Origin: an uncultured Acidobacteriota bacterium | Lineage (GTDB): Bacteria; Acidobacteriota; Vicinamibacteria; Vicinamibacterales; SCN-69-37 | Direction of reading: 5' to 3' | Assembly (NCBI GenBank): GCA_963752045.1 | Contig: CAVVWN010000005.1 | Span: 46,607-110,606, forward strand | Length of the DNA stretch: 64,000 nucleotides | Notes under the pieces: generated by a model | Told to the model about the DNA's origin: nothing | Databases searched by the model: none | The model's input: only the letters and a program-made list of their open reading frames with translations | Shown: positions 9,422 through 19,051 of the stretch, piece after piece | How positions within the stretch are numbered: position 1 is the first letter of the stretch | How the letters are laid out: each line of letters opens with the position of its first letter | Position numbers and translations under genes: made by a program

Positions 9422-9456
9422 CCGTTTCCGTGTCGGTGTAGCCGGCCGGAAACGGC
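9421..9456. terminator. Stem-loop between convergent genes (candidate bidirectional terminator)
   Basis: GCCGTTTCCG (9421-9430) pairs with CGGAAACGGC (9447-9456) across a 16-nt loop, directly after the dodecin stop. There is no U-tract, as is usual in high-GC genomes. Confidence 0.5.
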
Positions 9457-9491
9457 TCAAGCGGTGTCGGTCTGAGCGCCCTGAACGGCGT

Positions 9492-12174
9492 TCATTCGCG
9501 GAGCGCGGCTGCCGGGTCGGCCGCGAGCGCGCGGCGGGCCGGCAGCCACGTCGCCAGGAGCGCGACCGCACCCAGCAACGCCGCCGCTGCCCCGAAGCTC
9601 GCCGGATCCAGCGGCCCGATGCCGAAGAGCATCGAGTCGAGGCCCCGGGCCGCCAGGACCGCCACGACGAGGCCGAGCGCGAGGCCCGCACCGACGAGCC
9701 GAAGCGACTGACCCAGCACGAGCCCCATCACCGCGCCGCGCGTGGCGCCGAGCGCCACGCGTACGCTGATTTCCTGCGCCCGCAGCCCCACCACGAACGC
9801 CAGCAGCCCGTGCAGGCCGAGCGAGGTCAGCAGCAGTGCGCCAACGGCGAACACCACCAGCGCCGATGCCGCCATCCTCTGGCCGATGAAGGAGTTGGCC
9901 ACAAGCTGGCGCATCGGGGCCGCGTCGAAGACCGCCACCGATGGCTCGACCTCCGCGACGGCCGTCCGCGCGGCGGCGATGAGCGAGGCCGGGTCGCCGT
10001 CGGTGCGCACCGCGAAGGTCACGAGCGTTCGCGCATCGCGGGCGTAGTGCGCGTAGATCTCCGGTGTCGGCGCGTCCTCGAGCGCCCAGTGCTGCACGTC
10101 CTCGACGACGCCGACGATGGTCGCCGCCGAGAACGGGCCGCGGTCGTCGAGCCGTACCGTGCGGCCGAGCGCAGACTGTTCACCCAGATGCGCGCGAACG
10201 AACGCGCGATTCACGAGCACGCCGGCCGGGTCGTTCGTGCCGTCGGCGCGGGTCAGCGCGCGGCCACTCACGACGCCAACGCCGAGCGCGTCCAGGTACT
10301 CGTCGCTGACCAGCCTGAATCCGGCCGTGACGGGCTGATTGTCCGGCATGGTCACGCCGTCGATCGTCATCGCCACCGTTTCGTTGCTCGTGCTGAACGG
10401 CAGCGTGTTGACGACGCCGGCCGCGGTCACGCCGGGAAGCGTCCTGTACCCGTTCGAGGATGCGGTCGTACGTGCGCTCGCGATCGACCGCGTCGGGAAA
10501 GCGCGTCGACGGCAGCGACAGGCTGAAGGCCAGCACGCGGTCCTTGTCGAATCCCGGGTCTGCCGTCGAGAGGTTGAACGCCGTGCGGGCGAGCAGCACC
10601 GTGGCGACGAGCAACGCGACCGAGACCGCCAGCTCGCCGACGATGAGCGCGCTGCGCAGGCGCTGACGACCCGGATCGGTCACGCCGCGGCCGCCCGCAC
10701 GAAGAAGTCCCTCGTGATTCGGTCGGACCGATCGCCAGGCCGGCACCAGCCCGAAAACGACCACCGTCGAAATGGAGACGATCGCCGTGAACGCGAGCGC
10801 CGTTCCGTCGAGCCGAATGAGGTCGACGCCCGGCAGCACGCGCGTGACGAACTCCGGCATGGCTCCGCGGAGGCCCTCGAGCGCGAACCAGGCGAGCCAG
10901 GCCCCAATGGCACCGCCCGTGGCCGCGAGCAGCACGCTCTCGACGATCAGCTGGCGAATCACGCGCCAGCGGCTCGCGCCGAGCGCCGACCGAAGCGCAA
11001 TCTCCCGGCCGCGCGAGAGCCCGCGTGCCAGTTGCAGGTTCGCGGCGTTCGTGCAGGCCACGAGCAGCAGGAGCACGACGGCCACGGCCAGTACGGCGAA
11101 CGCCGGGCCGCCCTGCTCGGTGCCGAGTTGTCCCATCGGCGTCAGCCGGACGCCACGTCCGGCATTCGTGTCCGGTGATCGCTCGGCGATCTGGGCCATG
11201 ACCGTGGCGGCCGCCGTCTGTGCCTCGTCGAGCGTCGCGTCGGGCGCGAGCCGGCCGATCGCGACGACGGTGGGTGAGCGATCGCGCGCGGCCGGCGTCC
11301 ACTCCGGCGTCACGACGAGCGGGGTCCACAGGTCGCCCTTGAAGTTGAAGACGGGAAACTCGAAGGTGGCAGGCATCACACCGGCCACCGTGTGGTTCGC
11401 GCCGTTGATGTCGATCGTTCGTCCGACGATGCCCGGGTCGCCGCCGAAGCGCCGCATCCACAGGCCATGGCTCAGGACGGCGATGTGGTCGCCCGCCGCC
11501 TCGACGTCCGCGCCCGTGAACGTACGGCCGAGGGCCGCGTCCACGCCGAGGAGGTCGAACGTGTTGGGTGTCACCCGGTAGGCCTGCACGCGCTCGGGCG
11601 CCGCGCCGCCCGCGAGCGTCGCGCTGAGGCCCCTGTACACGGCCACGTCGTCGAGCGACGGCACACGTGCGGCCAGGTCGGCCGCATCGACGTAACGCAG
11701 GTTGAACCGCATCTCGTCCGCCTGCGTGTCCCAGCCGAGCAGAAACACGACCCGTCCGGGATCGGCGTAGGGAAGCGGGCGCAGCACGAGCGCGTTGATG
11801 AGGCCGAACACGGTGGTGGTGGCCGCGATCCCCAGAGCGAGCGTGGCGGCCACCGAGAGCGAGAAGCCTGGTCGCTCCCGCAACTGCCGCGCTCCGTACC
11901 GCAGGTCCTGCAGCCACCCGGACGTGACCGCGCGCGACGACGGGGCGGCGTCGAGACGGGACGGGGCCCGGGATTCGGGCCGCCAGCACGCGGCAATCGA
12001 CGCGCAGGCCAGGCGCCAGTAACGCGCGCGGGCCCGAAGACGGCCGAGCGTGCGGACATCCCGTTCGAACGACTCGTTGAGATCGCCCGTGATGACCTCG
12101 GCCGTGTCGGAGCCGAGCCACAGCCGAAGCAGCCACGCGGCCAGGGCCGGAGGAGTCGGCGGGCGGCCGGTCAT
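9492..12174 (-). CDS. ADOP-type duplicated MacB-like ABC permease (FtsX x2), one frameshift as sequenced near 10441
   Basis: ORF 10180..12174 carries the N-terminal cytoplasmic tail, TM1, MacB periplasmic domain and FtsX motif, and runs to ...YDRILERVQ. ORF 9492..10430 continues LPGVTAAGVVNTLPFS... to the second FtsX domain. The junction reads CAG [G] ACG CTT CCC. The start overlaps the PadR stop (ATGA at 12171-12174). Confidence 0.8.
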
Positions 12175-12500
12175 GACAGCGACCTCAGTCTGGGGTTGAG
12201 TCGCTTGCCGAGGCGCGCCAGTTGATGCTGGGCCTCTCGCACCGCGGCCGCGCCGGGCGGATCGAGGCTGAAGTACTTCTTGCGCTTGCCGCCCCGTTCG
12301 GGAGTCGGGTCGCCGAAACGGGAGCTGACGTAGCCGCGCCGCTCGAGCCTCGTGAGCGCCGTGTAGATCGCGCCCGGCGACACGGAGCGACCGGTCGCGT
12401 CCTCGAGGAACGACCGGACGGACGCCGTGTAGGCCTCGTCGCCCAGATGGGCGAGGGCGAGCAGCAGGAGGTGCTCGAAGGGACCGAGGTAGCTGGCCAT
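12171..12500 (-). CDS. PadR-family transcriptional regulator (pair 1)
   Basis: LGPFEHLLLLALAHLGDEAYTASVRSFLED...GAIYTALTRLERRGYV is a PadR winged helix. ATG at 12500-12498 is preferred over the TTG at 12509. An AT-rich tract at 12501-12535 lies upstream. Confidence 0.8.
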   Translation of the reverse strand: MASYLGPFEHLLLLALAHLGDEAYTASVRSFLEDATGRSVSPGAIYTALTRLERRGYVSSRFGDPTPERGGKRKKYFSLDPPGAAAVREAQHQLARLGKRLNPRLRSLS

Positions 12501-12545
12501 AATATTCAAACTGTAGGTAAAATACGACCGGCGGTCAACCGAAGT

Positions 12546-13268
12546 TCAGCGGAGGCCGGGGACGCCGGGGAGGCCGGGCTCGCCGAGAAGCTGCGGCAGT
12601 CGCCCGACGAGCGCCCTCTTGCCGTCGCTCGTGACGGGCTTGTCGCCGAGGTACACGTCGAACAGCGCCCAGCAGAGCGCGCGCGAGTGGATCGCGGCCT
12701 GCGGCGCGCCGGCGACCGTCGTCATGAGCCGGCCATCGGGGTCGCACGAGAAGACGATCTCGGTGCCCTTCGCCACTTCGTCCAGGTTGAAGTAGGAGCG
12801 GAACGAGGCGAGGGCGGCTTCGCCGCCCGGCATGGCCCGCTCGGCCGCCGCGCGTCGGACACGTGGCGTGAGCGCGTCGTCGAACGAGTCGGCGACGTCC
12901 TTGCCGCCGACGTCGCGCGTCATCACGAGGCGCAGGGTCATGGCGGCGTCGAAGTCGAGCAGCCGGCGATACACGGTCTCGTCCCTGGCGAGTCGGTCGG
13001 CCGCGATGCCGCGGAAGCGGGCGAGCGCGGATCGGGCGGCTTCCGCGTCGACGTACAGCCCGAATGCGTAGACCTTGATCCGAAAGATGGTCTTCGTGCG
13101 GATGGCCGTGCCGGCGAGCTCGTGGATTCCGGTCGACCCGGGCGGGATTATCGACGTCGGGAACGCGACGCGGCTCGATGGCTCCAGCACGACGTCGGCG
13201 GGTGTTCCCTGGACAGCGAGAAATACCGCCAGGGTCAGCAACGAGAGACGAACACAGCCGATCGGCAC
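12546..13268 (-). CDS. Secreted chalcone-isomerase-like family protein
   Basis: Signal peptide MPIGCVRLSLLTLAVFLAVQG, then RIKVYAFGLYVD and later VFSCDPDGRL...ALCWALFDVYLG, resembling the bacterial chalcone-isomerase-like fold family. Confidence 0.55.
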   Translation of the reverse strand: MPIGCVRLSLLTLAVFLAVQGTPADVVLEPSSRVAFPTSIIPPGSTGIHELAGTAIRTKTIFRIKVYAFGLYVDAEAARSALARFRGIAADRLARDETVYRRLLDFDAAMTLRLVMTRDVGGKDVADSFDDALTPRVRRAAAERAMPGGEAALASFRSYFNLDEVAKGTEIVFSCDPDGRLMTTVAGAPQAAIHSRALCWALFDVYLGDKPVTSDGKRALVGRLPQLLGEPGLPGVPGLR

Positions 13269-14024
13269 GGCGACCTCCAGCAGGGCCAGCTATGTCCATC
13301 ATCGCTCCGGTTGCGGTCTGATGTCCTGATGAGAGCCTGAATCGTGCTGAGGATCGGGGGGCTGGAGATCGAGCCGAGCTGCGCCGCGCCCGGAGCCCTC
13401 ACCTGGGGCGAGGACTCCGGGCCGAGGGCAGCCTAACCCGGTGGCGTGTCCCCGGTGGCGCAGCCGGGTTCCTGGGCGAGATGCCAGCAGGTAGATGCTG
13501 GCCGCCCTGCACGAGCGTCGTGGACGGGCAGGTGGCGATAGCTCGCTGCCTGCATCGTCGGCGAGGAAGTAGCGCCGGCCGTCGGCGGCTGGCATACCAG
13601 TTCGCGTGCGGATGATGTGGGATGATCTGCGATGATGCCGGAGCTTTCTTCGTAGCCTGGCGTCAGGGCAACTCGCATCGGCGCGCCGCTGATGAACCGG
13701 TTAGCGTAATCGACGACTCGACGATCTGGACCGCCGTGCCACCGGTAGGCCGGGTCATGGGTCGTCCTTTGCGCGAGGTCGCGATGAGCGCGGTGCCACG
13801 TCCGCGATCGGTTCGCTACAGCGCGATGTCGAGCGGCTGCAGCGCGGCTTCGCACGAGCCCCTCCGTCGGCCTGATTCCGTCATCCGGCGCTCGTGGCCG
13901 CCTGCGCCGACGAGGTCTCGCGACTGCGTCGGTGCCCGACAAGTCCCAGCGATGGCACCGCCGGTGTCGGACGGCGAGCGTCGATCGTCGCCGACGAGCC
14001 GTTCGATGCGGGCCGCGCGTCTCG

Positions 14025-14790
14025 CTAGGCTGCCTCGAGCGTCAGCTTTGTAGCGAGACGGGCCGTCTGGTCGTGCTGCCGCTCACGGTGTCCACCGGTC
14101 GTGACGAAGTAGAACACGCGCGGGTCCTGCGTGTGCCCAGTGTGCCGTCCTTCTGGGCCGTGGCGAACTCGGATCAGCGGCCGAGGTTCCGACTTTCGCG
14201 TCGTGCAAGGTCGCGCCGCTGCCGGTTGCCCCTGACTGACGTCGGTGAGGACGAAGTCCCCGTTGATGGGACCGCTGTTCTCGAACGGCGTGCTGTCGAC
14301 CGTGACGCCGAAGAGCGCTGTCCGCCGGATGCAGGCCGGCCATCTCGACCGGGTTGCCCCAGGACGTGCTTCGTGCCGACGGTAGAGACCTAGACGCTGT
14401 CGCCCGGGCGTGACATTCTGGTCGTCGACGGCCCCATCCCGCACGCGCGTCGCGTTGTCCCCGCGCGTTGCACGGCGTGCGCGACGATGTTTTCCACGAG
14501 AACCTGCCGGTGTAGGGCAGCTTGCGACGAACGTGCCCTTGTATGGGCCGGTCACGATGCGGGCGAACGAACGTCCTTCGTCGCCGGTCTCTTCGCCGCT
14601 CGTGAAGATGCGATCGGCGAAGCCCTTGCCGGTGGCGGGGTTGTAGAACGCGCCCGGCGCGGGCAGGTCGGCCGAGCAGAGACGGCCGATCTGCGACGCC
14701 GAGGTGCCGTTGGCCAGATCGTAGCCATCCGTGATGGGATTCCAGGCGTACACCTGCTGAATCAGGTCCTCTCCCCACTTCACCGCAGCG
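14025..14790 (-). pseudogene. 5'-truncated, multiply frameshifted remnant of a secreted beta-propeller protein (PhoX/DUF839-like?)
   Basis: Recognisable pieces lie in different frames: [87 protein letters not shown], then LPYTGRFSW(E)NIVAH, then LFGVTVDSTPFENSGPINGDFVLTDVSQGQ, then DPRVFYFVTTGG. No signal peptide or start is present. The family assignment is weak. Confidence 0.3.
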
Positions 14791-14806
14791 TGTGAGATGC
14801 ACGCCG

Positions 14807-15359
14807 ACCGGGACGATCGCCGCACGCGTCGAAGAGACGGCCGAGCTGCGCGGCATCACGGAGCTTCTCGCCCGGAAGCCGAGCGCACTTTCGGGCGGCC
14901 AGCGCCAGCGCGTCGCGATCGGTCGCGCCATCATCAGGCGCCGATCGCTCTTCCTGCTCGACGAGCCACTCTCCAACCTCGACGCGCAGCTCCGCGCTCG
15001 CATGCGCGTCGAGCTGGCGGAGCTGTTCGCCCGGCTCGGCACCGACGTGCTCTACGTCACGCACGATCAGGTGGAGGCGATGACGCTGGGGCACCGGATC
15101 GCGCTCATCCGGGCGCGGACGCGCCGAGCAGGTGAGCACGTCCGCAGAGCTGTACGAGCGGCCCGCGACGACGTTCGCCGCGACGTTCATCGGCACGCCA
15201 CCGATGAATCTGCTCGACGTCGAGGCGCTGGGCGGTCACGTGCCGATGCTCGAGGGCGTGCCGCCGGGTGCGGCGACCGTCGGCGTGCGGGAGATCAGGA
15301 CGTCCGCCGGCGTCGGCGTTCGTGCCGTCGCCGAGAGGCACTATAGGAAGGGCGATTGA
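14807..15359 (+). pseudogene. 5'-truncated remnant of a MalK/UgpC-type sugar ABC transporter ATPase (Walker A half missing, one frameshift near 15110)
   Basis: It starts mid-domain: [94 protein letters not shown] (signature, Walker B, H-loop). It continues in the next frame with [33 protein letters not shown]. Confidence 0.7.
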
Positions 15360-15593
15360 CGAACACGCGACCATGCCGCAAACGTACTGGCAAAACGAGG
15401 TGACTCGGACGCGACACCGAGATGTCGATTACATTTCGTGAAGGGATGCATAATCAGCGTCACATTCCTGTGATGGAGGGCTGTTCATGCTGCGTCGACA
15501 CCTGCTTGTCACCGTTCTGACCGCGCTCATCGTCGCGGCCGTCGCCGTCCTGTCTGCCGGCCGCAACCTCCGCAGCAGGCGCCTCGGTTCAAG

Positions 15594-16412
15594 GTGCTCA
15601 TCTCGGTCGACATGGAAGGCGTGGCCGGCGTCGTCACGAGCGACCAGCTCGGCCCGGCCGGGTTCGAGTACGGGCGGTTTCGCGAGTTCATGACGCGGGA
15701 GGCGCTTGCGGCCGTGGAGGCCGCGCGCGCGGCCGGCGCGACCGAGATCGTCGTGGCCGATGCCCACGGCAACGGCGAGAACCTGCTCATCGAGGCGTTT
15801 CCGCCCGACGTGCGCATCATCCGGTCGTGGCCCCGGAAGCTCAGCATGGTCGCCGGCGTCGACGATGGCGTCGACGCGCTCGTGTTCATCGGCTATCACG
15901 CCGGCACGAACAACCCCACCGGCGTGCGCGCCCACACGTTCTCGAGCGCGACTCTCACGCGGGTGGCGCTCAACGGCGCGAACGTGACCGAAGGCTCGTG
16001 GAACGCGGCGATTGCCGGAGAGTTCGGCGTACCCGTCGTCATGATCTCGGGTGACGATGCGGCGATTGCCGAGGTGCGCGGGACGGTGGGGAACATCGAG
16101 GCGGCCGAGACGAAGCGAAACCTCGGCTTTCACTCGGCGAACACGCTCACGCCGCAGGCGGCCGCTTCGCTCATCCGGCAACGCGTCGAAGCCGGCCTCA
16201 GGCGGCGCACGGAGATGAAACCGTACCGCGTCAACGGTCCGGTGACGGTCGACGTGTCGTTCAAGAACTACATGCCGGCCGAAGTGCTCGCCTACCTGCC
16301 GATGTTCGAGCGCACGGATTCACATTCGGTCCGCTTCCGCGCGAAGGACATGGCGGAAGCCTCCGCGATCATGGAGTTCATCACGGAGTACCGGGCGGAT
16401 ATCACGCCGTAG
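15594..16412 (+). CDS. M55-family D-aminopeptidase (DppA-like)
   Basis: VLISVDMEGVAGV...VVADAHGNG...FIGYHAG...VVMISGDD is the typical DppA/M55 pattern. GGAGGG (15475-15480) + ATG 15487 opens a signal peptide, MLRRHLLVTVLTALIVAAVAVLSAG, in another frame. The true start may therefore be 15487, with a frame break near 15556-15590. Confidence 0.75.
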   Translation: MLISVDMEGVAGVVTSDQLGPAGFEYGRFREFMTREALAAVEAARAAGATEIVVADAHGNGENLLIEAFPPDVRIIRSWPRKLSMVAGVDDGVDALVFIGYHAGTNNPTGVRAHTFSSATLTRVALNGANVTEGSWNAAIAGEFGVPVVMISGDDAAIAEVRGTVGNIEAAETKRNLGFHSANTLTPQAAASLIRQRVEAGLRRRTEMKPYRVNGPVTVDVSFKNYMPAEVLAYLPMFERTDSHSVRFRAKDMAEASAIMEFITEYRADITP

Positions 16413-16414
16413 GA

Positions 16415-16566
16415 CGTCAGGTGCGACGGGGTGCGTCAGGTGCGACGGGGTGCGTCAGGTGCGTCAGGGTGCGTCGGGGTGCGGCCAAAGAGCACCCGGT
16501 CGCACCCAGTCGCACCCGACGCACCTGACGCACCCGACGCACCTGACGCACCCCGTCGCACCCGAC
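16415..16566. repeat. ~150-bp imperfect palindrome built from 9-10-bp units (GGTGCGWCR / YGWCGCACC)
   Basis: Read directly. The outer arms GTCAGGTGCGACGGGGTGCGTCAGGTGCG (from 16416) and CGCACCTGACGCACCCCGTCGCACCCGAC (to 16566) are complementary with one mismatch. The inner arms continue with a few mismatches. The centre is near 16485-16493. It lies between the convergent dppA-like gene and the small secreted-protein gene. Confidence 0.85.
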
Positions 16567-16570
16567 CGGG

Positions 16571-16996
16571 CTACTTGTCTTTGATCCTCGTCGCTGACCA
16601 GGGAATGAGGTTGCCCTGGATGTCGATGGCGCCCGACATGTTGCCGTCTTCCTGGAGCGTGCCCTTGAACCAGATTTCGTTCGTGCCGTCAGGGCTCACC
16701 GCGAACCAGAGCACGCCTTCGGCGATCTCGCCGTAGATGTTCGACGTGCCCATCTCGCTCGTGATCGATCCGGAGACCTTGTTCGGTTCCTTCTCGTCGA
16801 GGGCGATGGTCACCGTGGCCGCCATGGACCCGTTGGGCGACTGCAGCGACAGGTTCCACTTGCCGGCATAGGACGGCTTGGCGGTCTCCTCGGTCTTCTG
16901 CTCGGGCTTCGGCTTGGCCGGATCCTGGGCTGCAGCCGCGGCCGGCAGGCCGACGACCAGCGCGAGCGCGGCGGTGATGGCGAGAAACTTCTTCAT
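16571..16996 (-). CDS. Small secreted protein of unknown function
   Basis: Strong SD (GAGGAGG) sits before ATG 16996-16994. Signal peptide MKKFLAITAALALVVGLPAAAAAQ is followed by a beta-rich body. GC content looks lower than its surroundings. It is flanked on both sides by GCACCCGNC repeat arrays. Confidence 0.65.
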   Translation of the reverse strand: MKKFLAITAALALVVGLPAAAAAQDPAKPKPEQKTEETAKPSYAGKWNLSLQSPNGSMAATVTIALDEKEPNKVSGSITSEMGTSNIYGEIAEGVLWFAVSPDGTNEIWFKGTLQEDGNMSGAIDIQGNLIPWSATRIKDK

Positions 16997-17064
16997 GGCG
17001 CCTCCTCAAGCGCGCCCGCGAGGGCCGGGCGTCGCCAAATCATAAGCCCAAATCCGCACCTTGG

Positions 17065-17126
17065 CGCACCCGCCGCACCCGCGCCCCCGCCGCACCCGAC
17101 GCACCCGACGCACCCGCCGCACCCGT
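17065..17126. repeat. Tandem array of seven 9-bp units CGCACCCGN (one degenerate)
   Basis: Read directly: CGCACCCGC x2, GCCCCCGC, CGCACCCGA x2, CGCACCCGC, CGCACCCGT. It lies between the guaA stop (TCA 17126-17128) and the start of the small secreted-protein gene. The minus strand reads as GGG tracts spaced by 6 nt. Confidence 0.85.
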
Positions 17127-18955
17127 CATTCCCACTCAATCGTTCCCGGCGGTTTGGTGGTCAGGTCGAGCACGAGGCCGGAGACGCCGGGCAGCGCGAG
17201 GATTGGGTCGCGGATCTCGTCGACGAGCGCCCGGGGCAGCTCGGCCGGTCGCGCCGTCATCCCGCGCTCGGAGAGCACCGGCCGGAGTATGACCAGTTCC
17301 TCGCCGTGGCCGTCGATGCGGAGCGGCAGCATGACGGTGGGGAACTGCCAGATGGCGCGCATGAGCCCGTGACGCTCGACGGCGGCCATCACGATCGCGT
17401 CGGCCTCGCGGAGCAGGTCGAGCCTGGCGCGCGTCATGCCGGCGGCGACGGGTTCGGCGCGGTGAATCCCCCTGCCGGACAGATCGATCACGCAGCGGTT
17501 CACGCCTTTGATGCGCCCGTAGATCTGTGATGCCAGCGAGACGAGCGTCGCGTGCGGCGCCTCGCCGACGAGCGCAACCGGCTGCTCGTAGGTCCGCAGA
17601 TCCGCCTTCACGCCCACCGAGCGGACCGGCAGCAGCCGCCCTTCGAGGCCGGAGCCGCGAAGCTCGGCGTCGATCTGCGGCTGCACGCGTTCGGGGTCGT
17701 GGCCGTCGGGCACGCGGCCGTCCGAGCAGAGCAGGCGCACGCCGAGGCCGGGCCCGGGGAAGGGATGCCGCCAGACGAGCGCCTCGGCCACGCCGAGCGC
17801 CTCGGCCATCTCGCGCACCTCCACTTTGTACAGATCGCTGATCGGCTCCACGATCCTGCCGGCCCGGATCATCTCTTCGATGACGGGCACGCGATTGTGA
17901 TGCGTCTTGATCGTATCGGCCCGTCGCGTGCCGCCGGTCTCGATGGTGTCGGGGTAAATCGTGCCCTGCGCGAGCAGCATGTCGCCCAGGTCGAGCCGAC
18001 GCATTTCGTCTTCGAAGACCTGGATGAACGTGTCGCCGATTCGCCGCCGCTTGGCTTCCGGGTCGACCACGCCATCGAGCGCCGCGAGGAACCGGTCCGA
18101 CGCGTCCACGAAGTGGAGGTTGCGGCCGAGCCCGTGTTCTTCGAACTCGGCGACGACGTCGCGCGATTCGTTCTTGCGCATGAGTCCGTTGTCGATGTGC
18201 AGCAGGTAGAGCTGGTCCTGGCCGAGCGCCCGGCCGAGCAGGCGCGCGCACACGGTCGAGTCCACGCCGCCCGACGCCAGCAGAAACACCTTCCGTCTGC
18301 CGACCTGTTTCTGGATGGCCTCCACCTGCTCGTCCACATGCCGCGCCATCGTCCAGTCGCCCCTGCAGCCGCAGACGTCGATGACGAAGTTGCGGATCAT
18401 CGCCTCGCCGTACTCCGTGTCGTCCACCTCGGGGTGGTACTGGAAGCCGTAGCGCCGCCGCCGCTCGTCGGCGATCGCCGCGAACCGGTGCGGCGCGCCG
18501 TCGTGGTCGTACGAGACGCCCACCTCGCGGAAGCCCTCGCCGACGGCGACGACCGTGTCCTGATGGCTCATCCACACGGTCTGGTCCCGCGGCAGGCCCG
18601 CGAACACCGGCGTGTCGGCGCCCGTCACCTCGAGCCGCGCCGGCCCGTACTCGCTGCGGCAGTGCTGGACGATGCCGCCGTAGTGTTTGGCGATTTCCTG
18701 ATGACCGAAGCAGAACCCGAGAATCGGCAGGTCGAGGTCGAGGATCGCGCGGTTGAATCCGCCTTCGCCGTCCGAGGCGAGCGACGGGCTTCCCGAGAGG
18801 ATGATGCCCTTGAAACCGGCAAACGCGTCCACGGGATCCTCCGGCTGCAGGATCTCCGCAAGGACGTGCTGGCGTCGGACCTTGGTCGCGATGAGGTGGG
18901 CGTACTGACCGCCGAAATCGACGACGGCGATGCGATCGTGGGCGGGGTGGGTCAT
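17126..18955 (-). CDS. guaA: GMP synthase (glutamine-hydrolysing)
   Basis: 609-aa ORF. GATase part: IAVVDFGGQYAHLIA, GFCFGHQ. ATP-PPase P-loop: FLLASGGVDSTVCARLL. Canonical C-terminal end: KPPGTIEWE. Confidence 0.95.
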   Translation of the reverse strand: MTHPAHDRIAVVDFGGQYAHLIATKVRRQHVLAEILQPEDPVDAFAGFKGIILSGSPSLASDGEGGFNRAILDLDLPILGFCFGHQEIAKHYGGIVQHCRSEYGPARLEVTGADTPVFAGLPRDQTVWMSHQDTVVAVGEGFREVGVSYDHDGAPHRFAAIADERRRRYGFQYHPEVDDTEYGEAMIRNFVIDVCGCRGDWTMARHVDEQVEAIQKQVGRRKVFLLASGGVDSTVCARLLGRALGQDQLYLLHIDNGLMRKNESRDVVAEFEEHGLGRNLHFVDASDRFLAALDGVVDPEAKRRRIGDTFIQVFEDEMRRLDLGDMLLAQGTIYPDTIETGGTRRADTIKTHHNRVPVIEEMIRAGRIVEPISDLYKVEVREMAEALGVAEALVWRHPFPGPGLGVRLLCSDGRVPDGHDPERVQPQIDAELRGSGLEGRLLPVRSVGVKADLRTYEQPVALVGEAPHATLVSLASQIYGRIKGVNRCVIDLSGRGIHRAEPVAAGMTRARLDLLREADAIVMAAVERHGLMRAIWQFPTVMLPLRIDGHGEELVILRPVLSERGMTARPAELPRALVDEIRDPILALPGVSGLVLDLTTKPPGTIEWE

Positions 18956-19051
18956 CCGGAGCGTGGCCTCGGGACGAGATACTAGCAGCTTCTTCCCAAC
19001 GTCCGGCCCGATGGCGTACTATGCGGACTTCACCAAGGAGACGTTGACAAC

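Noticed and set aside
13299-13942. A possible remnant of an rve-type integrase or IS element, suggested by fragments such as ARELVCQ and GRRYFLADDAGSELS on the minus strand.
   Set aside because: - The resemblance to the ..LW..D.T......YL..v.D..SR pattern is weak and spread over different frames.
- There is no DDE triad, inverted repeats or target duplication that I can see.
- It is left as unassigned non-coding or degraded DNA.
15487-15693. The 68-aa ORF as an independent small gene upstream of the DppA-like gene.
   Set aside because: - Only the first ~25 residues look real (a signal peptide behind a good SD); the rest is Arg/Ser-rich.
- It is more likely the displaced N-terminus of the M55 peptidase.
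16415-17126. The short tandem repeat arrays as a possible CRISPR array.
   Set aside because: - The units are only 9-10 bp and directly adjacent, with no unique spacers.
- One array is a palindrome.
- No cas genes are present in the window.
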